A stretch of 64,000 nt of DNA from Acidobacteriaceae bacterium (GCA_003134855.1 PLCS01000002.1:2658-66657); one strand, 5' to 3'. Positions 29,494-38,576 are shown, numbered from the stretch's first letter. The notes: a model not told the origin generated them from the letters alone. Translations and numbers: made by a program.

Positions 29494-29502
29494 TGCTATA
29501 CT
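29494..29502 (+). promoter_or_regulatory. Extended -10 promoter TGcTATACT for the ECF/CHAT operon
   Basis: Matches TGnTATAAT-like consensus 28 bp before TTG 29531. Confidence 0.5.
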
Positions 29503-29530
29503 TTGTCCACTCAACTTGGCGGAGTCAGCG

Positions 29531-30115
29531 TTGCAGTTTTATTCATTCGATGCGAGTTACGTCAGTAATCTCTGTGCGGGTGACCCCCCGACACAGGAGC
29601 ATTTCGTCGGCTATTTTTCCGAATTGCTCCAGCTCAAGCTGCGCTCCCGGCTGAGCTCTCCTCACGCCATCGAGGACGTGCGCCAGGAGACCTTCGCGCG
29701 GGTCTTCTCGGTCTTGCGCAAGGACGGTCTGCGCCAGCCGGAACGTCTCGGCGCCTTCGTGAATACAGTTTGCAGCCATGTGCTCAGCGAGCATTACCGC
29801 TCCTCCGGCGGCAGCGAGTCTCTGGATGTGGAGGGCCGTCCCGAGCTTCCAGACAAGAGCGCCAACGCCCTGGAGATTGTGGTTGCCCGGCAGACCAAGG
29901 ACAAAGTCCGCGAGATTCTGCTCGACCTGGAGCCGCGCGACCGCTCCCTGCTGAAGGCTGTCTTCCTCGACGAGCGCGACCGCGACGAGGTCTGCCGGGA
30001 GTTTGGCGTGGAGCGCGACTATCTGCGTGTGCTGCTGCATCGCGCCAAGCAGGAATTCAAGACCGAATATGTGAAGCGGCTGGGAAACAAGATGCCGCAG
30101 GGCGCGCATATTTAA
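29531..30115 (+). CDS. ECF sigma-70 factor
   Basis: IEDVRQETFARV, LGAFVNTVCSHVLSEHYR, LEPRDRSLL...RDEVCREFGVERDYLRVLLHRAK. TTG 29531 with GGAG SD. Confidence 0.9.
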   Translation: MQFYSFDASYVSNLCAGDPPTQEHFVGYFSELLQLKLRSRLSSPHAIEDVRQETFARVFSVLRKDGLRQPERLGAFVNTVCSHVLSEHYRSSGGSESLDVEGRPELPDKSANALEIVVARQTKDKVREILLDLEPRDRSLLKAVFLDERDRDEVCREFGVERDYLRVLLHRAKQEFKTEYVKRLGNKMPQGAHI

Positions 30116-30121
30116 TATCTT

Positions 30122-30151
30122 TGAAACGATTAGCCGGCCGCGGCCACTATC
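30122..30151 (+). promoter_or_regulatory. Putative ECF promoter TGAAACGATT-N13-CACTATC (copy 2)
   Basis: In the sigma / anti-sigma gap; matches 27812-27841. Confidence 0.75.
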
Positions 30152-30180
30152 TACTGTTGGACCGTAGTGGAGATGGAAAG

Positions 30181-30882
30181 ATGGATCACAGCGAAGCGTT
30201 ACAACAGATGGCCGCCGAGCGTTACCTGCTGGATGAGCTGACGCCCGATGCGCGCGAGGCCTTCGAGGAACATCTCTTCGATTGTCCGGAGTGCGCCCTT
30301 GATCTTCGCGCCGGAGTCGCCTTTGTGGAGGAGGCAAAAGTTCAGTTGCCCAAGCTGGCGCGCACTATACCGGCACCTGTTCGATCCCGCGCGCCCAAGG
30401 CCGAGCCGGGGTGGTGGCAAACCTGGTTCCAGCCGGCCTTTGCCGCGCCCGTCTTCGCCAGCTTGCTGCTGGTCATCGGCTACCAGAATCTGGTCACCTA
30501 TCCTGGACTGCGGGCGGCAGCCAATCAGCCGCGCCTGCTGCCCTGGGCTCCACTGCACGGAGCCACGCGGGGCGCTCACCTGGCCATTACCGCCGACCGC
30601 CGGCACGGCGTTGCGCTTCCGGTCGATCTTCCCCAACCGCCCAGCATCGGCGCCTATGCCTCCTACTCCTTCGGCCTCAATGACCCGCAAGGAAAGCTTG
30701 TCTGGACAGGCGCCGTGGCAGCCCCCGGCGACGAGACCGGCGACGGCCAGCGGCTCTCCCTGGTGATTCCCGGCGCAATGCTGCGCAACGGCACGTATAC
30801 GGTGACGGTCTCCGGCGTTACGGCGCAGGGAGAACGCATCAGGATCGACCAATTCGCCTTCGATCTGCAATTGACCGATTGA
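30181..30882 (+). CDS. Zinc-finger (zf-HC2/ZAS) transmembrane anti-sigma factor
   Basis: ERYLLDELT...FEEHLFDCPEC, TM FASLLLVIGY, C-terminal beta domain; GGAG SD. Confidence 0.85.
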   Translation: MDHSEALQQMAAERYLLDELTPDAREAFEEHLFDCPECALDLRAGVAFVEEAKVQLPKLARTIPAPVRSRAPKAEPGWWQTWFQPAFAAPVFASLLLVIGYQNLVTYPGLRAAANQPRLLPWAPLHGATRGAHLAITADRRHGVALPVDLPQPPSIGAYASYSFGLNDPQGKLVWTGAVAAPGDETGDGQRLSLVIPGAMLRNGTYTVTVSGVTAQGERIRIDQFAFDLQLTD

Positions 30883-30944
30883 CACGTCCGCATAGACGAC
30901 TTAGAATTCCCCCGACTGCCAAATCAAGAAAGGTAAGTACGCCA

Positions 30945-31787
30945 ATGCCTGAAGTCAATGAAAGAAAGCACACCTACAATGCCGAAGCATCGGTGCTCTC
31001 GGGCAAACTGCTGCTTCCGGTCTCCCAGACCATCGAACCCCAGGCCCACGCCAAGCTCGACCCGAAGGGCGGCTACTTCAACCAGCGCTTGGATGGCTTC
31101 CGGCTTGAGTCGGTCATCTCCTTCCGCGCCGCATACTCCCATGTAGCCGGCAACAAGAGCAACAAGCCGGGCGAAGGCTGGAACACGCTGACCACCACAG
31201 TCGTAGAAGGGCTGAATGTGATGGAGGTGCTGACGGCCGACCGCGTCGTCGGCCAGACCATCACCGAGCACCCCCTCAAAGGCTATATGCCGTCGATCTC
31301 CTTCCTCGGCACGCGCTTCGAGAATCTGCGCATCGCCGGCGTCCCGGTCGAGCTGGAGTGGGACCAGGAGATCTTTGGCTCAACGCCGGCCAACGACCTG
31401 CCTTACGCCCTCCATCCGAGCGTAGTCAGCCGCGTCTCCCGCCAGTACGACCGCATCCTCCAGAACAAGAACCTTTCCCCGGCGCTTCAGAAACATTACA
31501 ATCGACTATCCTCTACTCTCGGATCCGCGGAGGCGGTCGAATGTTCACTGGTCAACCGGGTGGCTGGACTCTTCCCTGGAACCATTGCCGGGAACGTGAT
31601 CACCATCCCCGGCTTTGGGACGATCACGCTGGCCAAGCTGACCGTGAAGCACGAGGATCCGATCGAGAGTGCGAAGACTCACAAGAAGACCACCTTCACG
31701 CTGACGATGATCGATCTCAAGCTGGGGTGCGCGATCTCAGGGGATATTCCAATTGGTGGCGGTTCAACAAACGGTGGTGGAGGATAG
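30945..31787 (+). CDS. Hypothetical beta-rich protein (choice-of-anchor-P-like)
   Basis: 280 aa, SD AAGGT, GC3-rich codons; AEASVLSG, LNVMEVLTADRVV, IPGFGTITLA; no signal peptide. Confidence 0.75.
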   Translation: MPEVNERKHTYNAEASVLSGKLLLPVSQTIEPQAHAKLDPKGGYFNQRLDGFRLESVISFRAAYSHVAGNKSNKPGEGWNTLTTTVVEGLNVMEVLTADRVVGQTITEHPLKGYMPSISFLGTRFENLRIAGVPVELEWDQEIFGSTPANDLPYALHPSVVSRVSRQYDRILQNKNLSPALQKHYNRLSSTLGSAEAVECSLVNRVAGLFPGTIAGNVITIPGFGTITLAKLTVKHEDPIESAKTHKKTTFTLTMIDLKLGCAISGDIPIGGGSTNGGGG

Positions 31788-31840
31788 ATGCGGGAACGAA
31801 TCTTCAGAACGCCCGCTGGACAATAAATATTACTTCCGGT

Positions 31841-34411
31841 CTGGCGGGCGTTCGGGTATGCTTTGGCAGTGCATGGCGCAGCTTTCGATCTCGATTTTTT
31901 CCTTACGCCTGGATAATTCTACTGTTGCTTTTGATTCCACTGCAAGACACACGTCCGAGCAGCGCTCAGGTTGCGTATGATCATGCCTTGCATATCTTTC
32001 AGCAAGGCAACCTTGCAAATAGCCAACAGGAATCCGAGCAAAATTACAGACAATTTCGTATTTCCAATCCCGAGTGGGCTGCGAAGTTCAAACTCCTGCA
32101 AGCGGAGACAATGGTGCGGCGCGGGATGTATGACGATGCTCTGCGCCTGCTCGCTGATTTCCACTCCGCCTTTAACGACACCGATCAAACCATCCGTAAG
32201 CAAGCGATCGCGGCCGATGCCTTGACCCATCAGAAACAGTTGTCCGCTGCCAATCAAAGTCTCAAACAAGCCGAAGATTTCTGTAGGAGCGCCAACTCCT
32301 CTTCCTGCGGTTACGTACTCCGCACGCGCGGCCTCCTGGCTGTCAGACAGGGCCAACTTACTACTGCGCGTCAGTGTTTTCTTGCGAGTCTTCTCTTTGC
32401 CCGCGCGCATCAGGACCGATGGGCAGAGGTTGGTGCGCTCAACAATCTAGGATTCGCCACAATGCAAGCCGGTCGCTTTGACGAGGCTGTGGACTGGCTG
32501 CAATCAGCTCACCAGATCGCCATGGAATTGGGCACGGGTTACTGGATGCAACTTGTTGATGGAAACCTTGGATGGGCCTATTACCAGTTGGGAGATGACG
32601 AAAAGGCACTGGAGCAGTTTCTCGATGCGGAAAAGAACGCCGCAAGGCTCGGAGATATCCGCGACGAACTCAAATGGATCACGACCGCCGGCTATGTCTA
32701 TCACGATAGCGGCGATAAGGATCGAGCTGCGCAGTCCTATCGTCAGGCGCTCTTTCTGGCTAGACAAATCGATAGCAAGGAAGACACTGTGAACGCACTG
32801 GAAGACTTGGCCAGGGTTTCGGTCGAGACAGGGAAGCTGGACGAGGCAAGCGCCTATCTCGATCAGGTCACTTCGATGGAGCGCGCGAGCGGCAAGGGGC
32901 TCAGTGGGTATGTGACACTGACGCAGGGGATGTTGGCCGTGGCGCGGCATCAGTACCAGCAGTCGGAGACTCTCTTTCGCTCAGTCCAGCATGACTTAGC
33001 GAGTCCAACCACGACCCGGTTGGGCGCGGGGATTGAGTTAGCCGAGTTATTTGAATTGGAAGGCAATATCAAAGCCGCTGAGCAGACTTACAAAGCCACG
33101 CTGGCAACCTTCGAGTCGGCGCGGGCGCAACTCCGGAACGAAAACTCAAGGCTGCCCTTCGCCGCCAACGCCACCGGCATCTACGACCATTACATCCATC
33201 TGCTGGTGGAGCAAGGCCGTGGCGAGGAAGCCCTGGCTGCCGCCGACCAGAGCCGCGCGCGGACGCTGGCGCAAGGCCTGGGCATAGCCGAAAGCAAAAC
33301 CACTTACCATCCCTCAACTCTGAACCCTCGCCAGATCGCCCAAAGCTCCGGCGCGACGCTACTCTTCTACTGGCTGGGCAGGCAGCACTCCTACCTGTGG
33401 GCAATTACTCCGGAGAAGATCGCGCTCTTCCCGCTGCCCGCGCAGAAGGAGATTGCGGCCCGCGTCGAGCGCTACCGCAAGGCTCTGCTGGACGCGGAAG
33501 ACCCGCTGCAAACCGGCAACGAGGATGGGCAGGCGCTCTATCAACTCCTGGTCGCCCCTGCCGCCAAGCTCATCCGGTCTGACTCCCCGGTGATGATTCT
33601 TGCCGATGGGGCGCTGAATCAATTGAACTTTGAAACTCTGCTGGCGCCTGGACCCGGAGTTAGTCCGCATGTTACAGCGAAAGCAGGCGCGGGCGCGCAT
33701 TACTGGATCGACGATCAAACGCTGCTCTCCGCTCCCTCGCTGGAACTGCTGGCCGCGGCCCGGCCCGCAGCGGGCGGGAACCGCAATCTGCTGCTGCTGG
33801 GCAACCCGGTTACGGCCAGTGCGGAGTATCCAAGCCTGCCTCTCTTCGGGCTTGAAATGACCCAGATTTCGAGGCACTTTGCCGCGCGCCATGCGGCCGT
33901 TTTTGCCGGCCAGCAAGCCACGCCGGCAGCCTATCTCACCAGCAATCCGGCGCAGTACGCCTATATTCATTTTGTTTCTCATGCCATCGCCAGCCGCGTG
34001 GACCCGCTGGATTCGGCTATTATCCTTTCCGGTACCACGTTCTCTGGGGTCAAGACAGGCGAAGAGTCTTACAAGCTTTACGCCCGTGAGATCATGCAGC
34101 ATCCCATCGATGCCCGGCTGGTGACGATCTCGGCCTGCTATGGCAGCGGCACGCGCTCCTATGCGGGAGAAGGATTGGTGGGCCTCTCCTGGGCCTTTCT
34201 CCGCGCCGGTGCGCACAACGTCATCGGCGCGCTCTGGGAGGTCAGCGACGATTCAACGCCGCGGCTGATGGACGCTCTCTATCAGGGATTGGCAGACGGC
34301 CAGAACCCGGCCACAGCGCTGCGCCGTGCCAAACTCAGCATTCTACATTCGCCGGGCAGATTTCGCGCGCCGTATTATTGGGCTCCGTTCCAGATCTATA
34401 CCCGGCGGTAA
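31841..34411 (+). CDS. TPR-CHAT (caspase-like) protease; start codon uncertain
   Basis: Hydrophobic leader (AWIILLLLLIPL), TPRs (ALNNLGFATMQAGRFDEA, GNLGWAYYQLGDDEKA), CHAT motifs LYQLLVAP, ILADGALNQLNFETL, IHFVSHA (His), VTISACYG (Cys), ALWEVSD, APYYWAPF. No in-frame ATG with an SD was found. Confidence 0.88.
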   Translation: MAGVRVCFGSAWRSFRSRFFPYAWIILLLLLIPLQDTRPSSAQVAYDHALHIFQQGNLANSQQESEQNYRQFRISNPEWAAKFKLLQAETMVRRGMYDDALRLLADFHSAFNDTDQTIRKQAIAADALTHQKQLSAANQSLKQAEDFCRSANSSSCGYVLRTRGLLAVRQGQLTTARQCFLASLLFARAHQDRWAEVGALNNLGFATMQAGRFDEAVDWLQSAHQIAMELGTGYWMQLVDGNLGWAYYQLGDDEKALEQFLDAEKNAARLGDIRDELKWITTAGYVYHDSGDKDRAAQSYRQALFLARQIDSKEDTVNALEDLARVSVETGKLDEASAYLDQVTSMERASGKGLSGYVTLTQGMLAVARHQYQQSETLFRSVQHDLASPTTTRLGAGIELAELFELEGNIKAAEQTYKATLATFESARAQLRNENSRLPFAANATGIYDHYIHLLVEQGRGEEALAAADQSRARTLAQGLGIAESKTTYHPSTLNPRQIAQSSGATLLFYWLGRQHSYLWAITPEKIALFPLPAQKEIAARVERYRKALLDAEDPLQTGNEDGQALYQLLVAPAAKLIRSDSPVMILADGALNQLNFETLLAPGPGVSPHVTAKAGAGAHYWIDDQTLLSAPSLELLAAARPAAGGNRNLLLLGNPVTASAEYPSLPLFGLEMTQISRHFAARHAAVFAGQQATPAAYLTSNPAQYAYIHFVSHAIASRVDPLDSAIILSGTTFSGVKTGEESYKLYAREIMQHPIDARLVTISACYGSGTRSYAGEGLVGLSWAFLRAGAHNVIGALWEVSDDSTPRLMDALYQGLADGQNPATALRRAKLSILHSPGRFRAPYYWAPFQIYTRR

Positions 34412-34436
34412 GTTGCGGACGCAGCCCAGATCAGGC

Positions 34437-34982
34437 TCACGAATTCAGCCGCCAGAAGGCCGCGTTCAGTACGGAAGCAAAGCTGACCCAGGCCCAATAG
34501 GGAGCCATCAGCCAGGCCGTATACGGCGCCACGCGACCGAAAACCAGCGTCGTGGCTCCGATGGCAACCCACAACGCTATAACCTCCGCCAGCGCGGCTC
34601 CAATCGCGTGGAAGCGAAAGAAGATCAGCGACCAGGCAAAATTCAGCGCCAGTTGCACCAGAAACAGCGCCAGTCCCAAGGTGCGCATGGGGGATGGCGC
34701 TGACTCCCAGACCTGCCACGCGGCTACGGCCATCAGTGCATAGAGCAGCGTCCAGACCGGCCCGAAGATCCAGTTGGGCGGAGCAATCGACGGCCTAGCC
34801 AGAGTGCGGTACCATCCCGGAATCTCGCTCGCCGTCCAGCGCCCGCTCACGCCGGCCACCGCAAAGCAAAGCCCAATCCAGCAAATCAATGAAATCCAGC
34901 GCATTTTGGTCCGACCTACTTTCAATGAATCTGATTCCGCGTCTTGAACAAAGTCTCGGCTAAATTCCCGCTTATCTTCCAT
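34437..34982 (-). CDS. tspO: TspO/MBR tryptophan-rich sensory protein (alternative start 34904)
   Basis: WYRTLARPSIAPPNWIFGPVWTLLY, QLALNFAWSLIFF, APYWAWVSFASVLN. Confidence 0.92.
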   Translation of the reverse strand: MEDKREFSRDFVQDAESDSLKVGRTKMRWISLICWIGLCFAVAGVSGRWTASEIPGWYRTLARPSIAPPNWIFGPVWTLLYALMAVAAWQVWESAPSPMRTLGLALFLVQLALNFAWSLIFFRFHAIGAALAEVIALWVAIGATTLVFGRVAPYTAWLMAPYWAWVSFASVLNAAFWRLNS

Positions 34983-35090
34983 TTCCGCCTTCGCGCATCT
35001 CGCCCTCCTCGACTTGAAGCGCCCGCGGCAACTATCCTGTAGTGTTGCGGGGCACTTTCAAGCCCATGAGAAGACAGGACAATCACCACC

Positions 35091-37118
35091 ATGAGCACAC
35101 AGACGATCGCCATACACCTGCCCGATGGGGCCATTCGCGAGGTGCCCGCCGGCACAACGCCTCTTGAGATTGCTAACTCGATTTCGCCGCGGCTGGCCTC
35201 GGTTTGCGTGGCGGCGCGGCTGACTCCGGTCAGCGGCGCAGTTGCAGAAAAGCCCGCATCCGACGGCGAGGCCGCGATGTATGCCGCGGAAGACACCGCC
35301 GCAGAGCGGATCGTCGATCTGACTACGCCACTCACCGCCTCGACGCATCTGGAATTGCTCAAAGAGAACGATCCCGAGGCGCTCAAGGTGCTGCGCCACT
35401 CCGCCGCCCATGTGCTGGCCACCGCCGTGCTGGAGCTCTTTCCCGATACCAAACTGGGCCACGGTCCGGCGACCGACTCCGGCTTTTTTTACGACTTTTA
35501 TCGTGAAAAACCCTTCACGCCCGAGGACCTGGCGCTGATCGAGGCCAGGATCGCGCAGGTCATTGCGCGCAACGAGCCGTTCGTACACGAATTCGTTCCC
35601 AGAGAGCAGGCACTGGCGGAGTTTGAGTGCGACGGCGACTTCATGAAGACCCACTTCGTGAGCAAATTTACCGTCCCCGGCGACGAGGTGAGCTTTTATC
35701 GCAACGGAAACTTCGTGGACTTTTGCCGCGGGCCGCACGTGCCCTCGACCGGCCGCGTCAAAGCCGTCAAGGTCACCGCGCTGGCCGGCGCTTACTGGCT
35801 GGGCGACGAAAAGAATCCGCAGTTGCAGCGCATCTACGGCACCGCCTTCTTCTCGCAGAAGGAAATGGATGCCCACTTTGCCCGCCTGGAAGAGGCCGCC
35901 AAGCGAGACCATCGCCTGCTGGGCAAGCAACTGGACCTGTTCAGCATTCAAGAGCTGGCCGGGCCGGGTCTCGTCTTCTGGCATCCCAAGGGCGGCATCG
36001 TCCGCAAAGTGATGGAAGACTGGATGCGCGACGAGTGCCTGCGCCGCGGCTACTTGATGGTCTTTACGCCGCATGTGATGCGCCGCGAACTGTGGAAGGT
36101 GAGCGGTCACGAGGGGCATTATGCGGGAAATATGTACTCGCCCATGGAACTGGACGACGCCGAGTATCGCCTGAAGCCGATGAACTGTCCCGGCCACATC
36201 CTCATCTACAAAAACTCGCCCAAGAGTTATCGCGACCTGCCGCAGCGTTATGCGGAGTTAGGCAACGTATACCGCTATGAGCGCTCCGGCACCATGCACG
36301 GCTTGCTGCGTGTGCGCGGCTTTACCCAGGACGACGCCCACATATTCTGCACCACCGGCCAGATCGAAGACGAGGTCGTTGCCTGCATCGACTTTGCCGA
36401 AGCCGTGCTGAAGACATTCGGCTTCAACGAGTTCAAGGTCGAGCTATCGACCTGGGATCCGAACGATCGCACAAAATATGCCGGTTCCGACGAGGGTTGG
36501 GCGCTTGCAGAGGGGTCCTTGCGGACGGCTCTCGAACGGAAAGGAATCGAATATAAAACGATCCCCGGCGAAGCCGCTTTCTACGGTCCCAAGATCGACA
36601 TCAAGCTGGTAGACGTGCTCGGCCGCCTTTGGCAGCTATCCACCGTGCAGTTCGACTTCACTCTTCCGGCACGCTTCGAGCTGGAGTACGTCGGCGAGGA
36701 CGGTGAGCGCCATCAGCCGGTGATGGTTCACCGCGCCCTCTTCGGCTCGGTCGAGCGCTTCTTCGGCGTGCTTATCGAGCACTACGCCGGAGCCTTCCCG
36801 CTGTGGCTGGCGCCGGTGCAGGTGGGCCTGGTGCCCATCAGCGAGCGCCATCACGAATACGCGAAGAAGGTCGAAGCCGAGTTGAAGGCCGCGGGCTTGC
36901 GCGTCGAGACCGACAGCCGCAACGAAAAGATGAACAGTAAGATCCGTGACTTCGCCAACCAGAAGACGCCCTACATCCTCGTCTTCGGCGACAAGGAAGA
37001 AACCGCCGGCGCAGTCAGCGTCCGCACCCGCGCCAAAGGCGATCAGGGTTCCATGCCGCTGGCCGAGTTCATCGCCAAAGCCAAGGCGCTGATAGCCAGC
37101 CAATCGACGGAGTTATAA
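35091..37118 (+). CDS. thrS: Threonine--tRNA ligase
   Basis: TGS domain, RHSAAHVLA, DFCRGPHVPST, RDHRLLG, KPMNCPGH, RVRGFTQDDAH, GEAAFYGPKID, MVHRALFGSVERF. Confidence 0.97.
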   Translation: MSTQTIAIHLPDGAIREVPAGTTPLEIANSISPRLASVCVAARLTPVSGAVAEKPASDGEAAMYAAEDTAAERIVDLTTPLTASTHLELLKENDPEALKVLRHSAAHVLATAVLELFPDTKLGHGPATDSGFFYDFYREKPFTPEDLALIEARIAQVIARNEPFVHEFVPREQALAEFECDGDFMKTHFVSKFTVPGDEVSFYRNGNFVDFCRGPHVPSTGRVKAVKVTALAGAYWLGDEKNPQLQRIYGTAFFSQKEMDAHFARLEEAAKRDHRLLGKQLDLFSIQELAGPGLVFWHPKGGIVRKVMEDWMRDECLRRGYLMVFTPHVMRRELWKVSGHEGHYAGNMYSPMELDDAEYRLKPMNCPGHILIYKNSPKSYRDLPQRYAELGNVYRYERSGTMHGLLRVRGFTQDDAHIFCTTGQIEDEVVACIDFAEAVLKTFGFNEFKVELSTWDPNDRTKYAGSDEGWALAEGSLRTALERKGIEYKTIPGEAAFYGPKIDIKLVDVLGRLWQLSTVQFDFTLPARFELEYVGEDGERHQPVMVHRALFGSVERFFGVLIEHYAGAFPLWLAPVQVGLVPISERHHEYAKKVEAELKAAGLRVETDSRNEKMNSKIRDFANQKTPYILVFGDKEETAGAVSVRTRAKGDQGSMPLAEFIAKAKALIASQSTEL

Positions 37119-37236
37119 CATCGTGCGGCTTGTACATTCCTTACGCTGACACGCAAGGGATGGGAGGCTCTGCCGCTATCACACACTCCGCGCCGCGCCG
37201 TAATGGCACTGGATGCTTGAGTGAGCAAAATCTAAT

Positions 37237-37250
37237 TTGCGACCAATCAA
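37237..37250. promoter_or_regulatory. Crp/Fnr-like box TTGCG-N4-ATCAA
   Basis: Same asymmetric motif as 38358-38371, in the opposite orientation. Confidence 0.45.
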
Positions 37251-37487
37251 GTGCATTTTTGAGCAGACGAAGATGATCGGCCAAGGCTAGTCTGCTCGTG
37301 TGCGGTCGCCTATGCGTAGCAAGGGAGCCTGTAGGGATTGAAATGACGGATCGTCCGCCGTTCCGCACAGCGGACCCCAACCTTCACTCACCTCGTCAGG
37401 GCCTTCGCGATTCATGCGTATGTGTTCCTGGCCAGTTGGCTGTTTCACATCAAGGTAATCCCCAGTATTGCGTAAGCCTGTTTGGCC

Positions 37488-37527
37488 CCGCCAGTTCCGC
37501 GGCTACCATAAAGCTGCGGGCTGGCGG
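37488..37527. terminator. Strong stem-loop between convergent thrS and crp-like genes
   Basis: CCGCCAG..CCGCGGCT-ACCATAA-AGCTGCGG.CTGGCGG; no clear U-tract. Confidence 0.45.
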
Positions 37528-37580
37528 CCTGAAATAGATGCCAGCCCGGTCGCTGGGGGAGGGAACTTGAGAACCGCGCT

Positions 37581-38237
37581 TCAGTCGTGAAGAACCACGT
37601 TCAATAGAGATTTGTGTACCTTTATGCCGCCGTTGTATTCGATAAATCCCAGCTTGCGAAAGCGATTCATGAAGAAGCTCACACGCGAACGCGTCGTTCC
37701 GATCATCTCCGCCAGCGTCTCCTGAGAGATCTTCGGAATCAGCGTCTCCGGTTCGCCGGGCTGGCCAAACTCCGCCATCAGCAGCAGAATTCGCGCCAGC
37801 CGCTTCTCGCTGGAGTTGAAGAGTTGATCGACCAGGTCCGCCTGGGCTCTCATGCAGCGTTCCAGCAGAAACTTCAGGAAGAGATCGCTGAAGGTATGTT
37901 CCTCGTGCATCACGCGGATCATCTCCGCGCGCTCGATCTTGAGCGCCGTGCAGGGGGCAATCGCCGTAGCCGTCGACATGCGCAACCCTGGCGTCCCGGC
38001 CATCGACTCCTCGCCCACAAAGTCGCCCACCGAGAGCAGCGCAATGGTCGCCTCTTTACCCTCTTTCGAGATCACGGTCAGCTTGGCGCGCCCGCTCTGC
38101 AGATAGAAGACGCAATCGGCCAGATCGCCCTGCGAAAAAAAAGCCTGCTTGGGCTTTACCTGCACAACCCTTCGCCCCAGCCCGGCCTGCGCCAGGAAAA
38201 CGGCCAGATCAAACCGCGTCTGAATCAGTTCCTTCAT
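37581..38237 (-). CDS. Crp/Fnr-family transcriptional regulator
   Basis: cNMP-binding-like FFSQGD..DCVFYLQSGRAKL...GDFVGEES; HTH SQETLAEMIGTTRSRVSFFMNRFRKLG. Start at ATG 38237. Confidence 0.92.
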   Translation of the reverse strand: MKELIQTRFDLAVFLAQAGLGRRVVQVKPKQAFFSQGDLADCVFYLQSGRAKLTVISKEGKEATIALLSVGDFVGEESMAGTPGLRMSTATAIAPCTALKIERAEMIRVMHEEHTFSDLFLKFLLERCMRAQADLVDQLFNSSEKRLARILLLMAEFGQPGEPETLIPKISQETLAEMIGTTRSRVSFFMNRFRKLGFIEYNGGIKVHKSLLNVVLHD

Positions 38238-38357
38238 CCGAATACCCCGCTCCCTCCGCGATTTTGCCGGGGCCTCTTCGCGAGAGCACCCGATGCCCAC
38301 CGCCTTTCTTTGCTCGGCCCTGGCAGCCTTTCAAACCAAATCCATTATTAAACTCTC

Positions 38358-38371
38358 TTGATCGAGCGCAA
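38358..38371. promoter_or_regulatory. Crp/Fnr-like box TTGAT-N4-CGCAA upstream of the crp-like gene
   Basis: 120 bp upstream of the start codon, in the AT-rich divergent region. Confidence 0.5.
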
Positions 38372-38576
38372 AAAACTGTTCTTTATTGCTCACTTTTGCG
38401 CGCGTCATGCGGATGAGTTTCAGAATATAAAAATATTTTTCAATTTGCGTAAATCGAAGAAGGCGCAATTCCGTCGTGTACCTCGGGCAACGACCTCCCT
38501 CCGTGGAGCCTTCTTCCGCTGAATGCTCGCCCCTGCGACAATGGCAGCAGCGCCCGGTGAGGCGCGGAGGAATCCT

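Noticed and set aside
29770-30180. N-terminal part of the 370-aa ORF 29770-30882
   Set aside because: Overlaps the sigma gene; the anti-sigma begins at ATG 30181 with an SD.
31358-31787. First ~143 codons of the 1017-aa CHAT ORF in the track
   Set aside because: Out-of-frame overlap with the 30945-31787 gene; not a credible part of the protein.
30945-31787. Gasdermin-like identity for the gene next to the CHAT protease
   Set aside because: No gasdermin features could be recognised by eye; needs a structure search.
35181-35330. Insertion in the ThrRS TGS domain and absence of infC after thrS
   Set aside because: Likely lineage-typical variation; no repeat or mobile signature seen.
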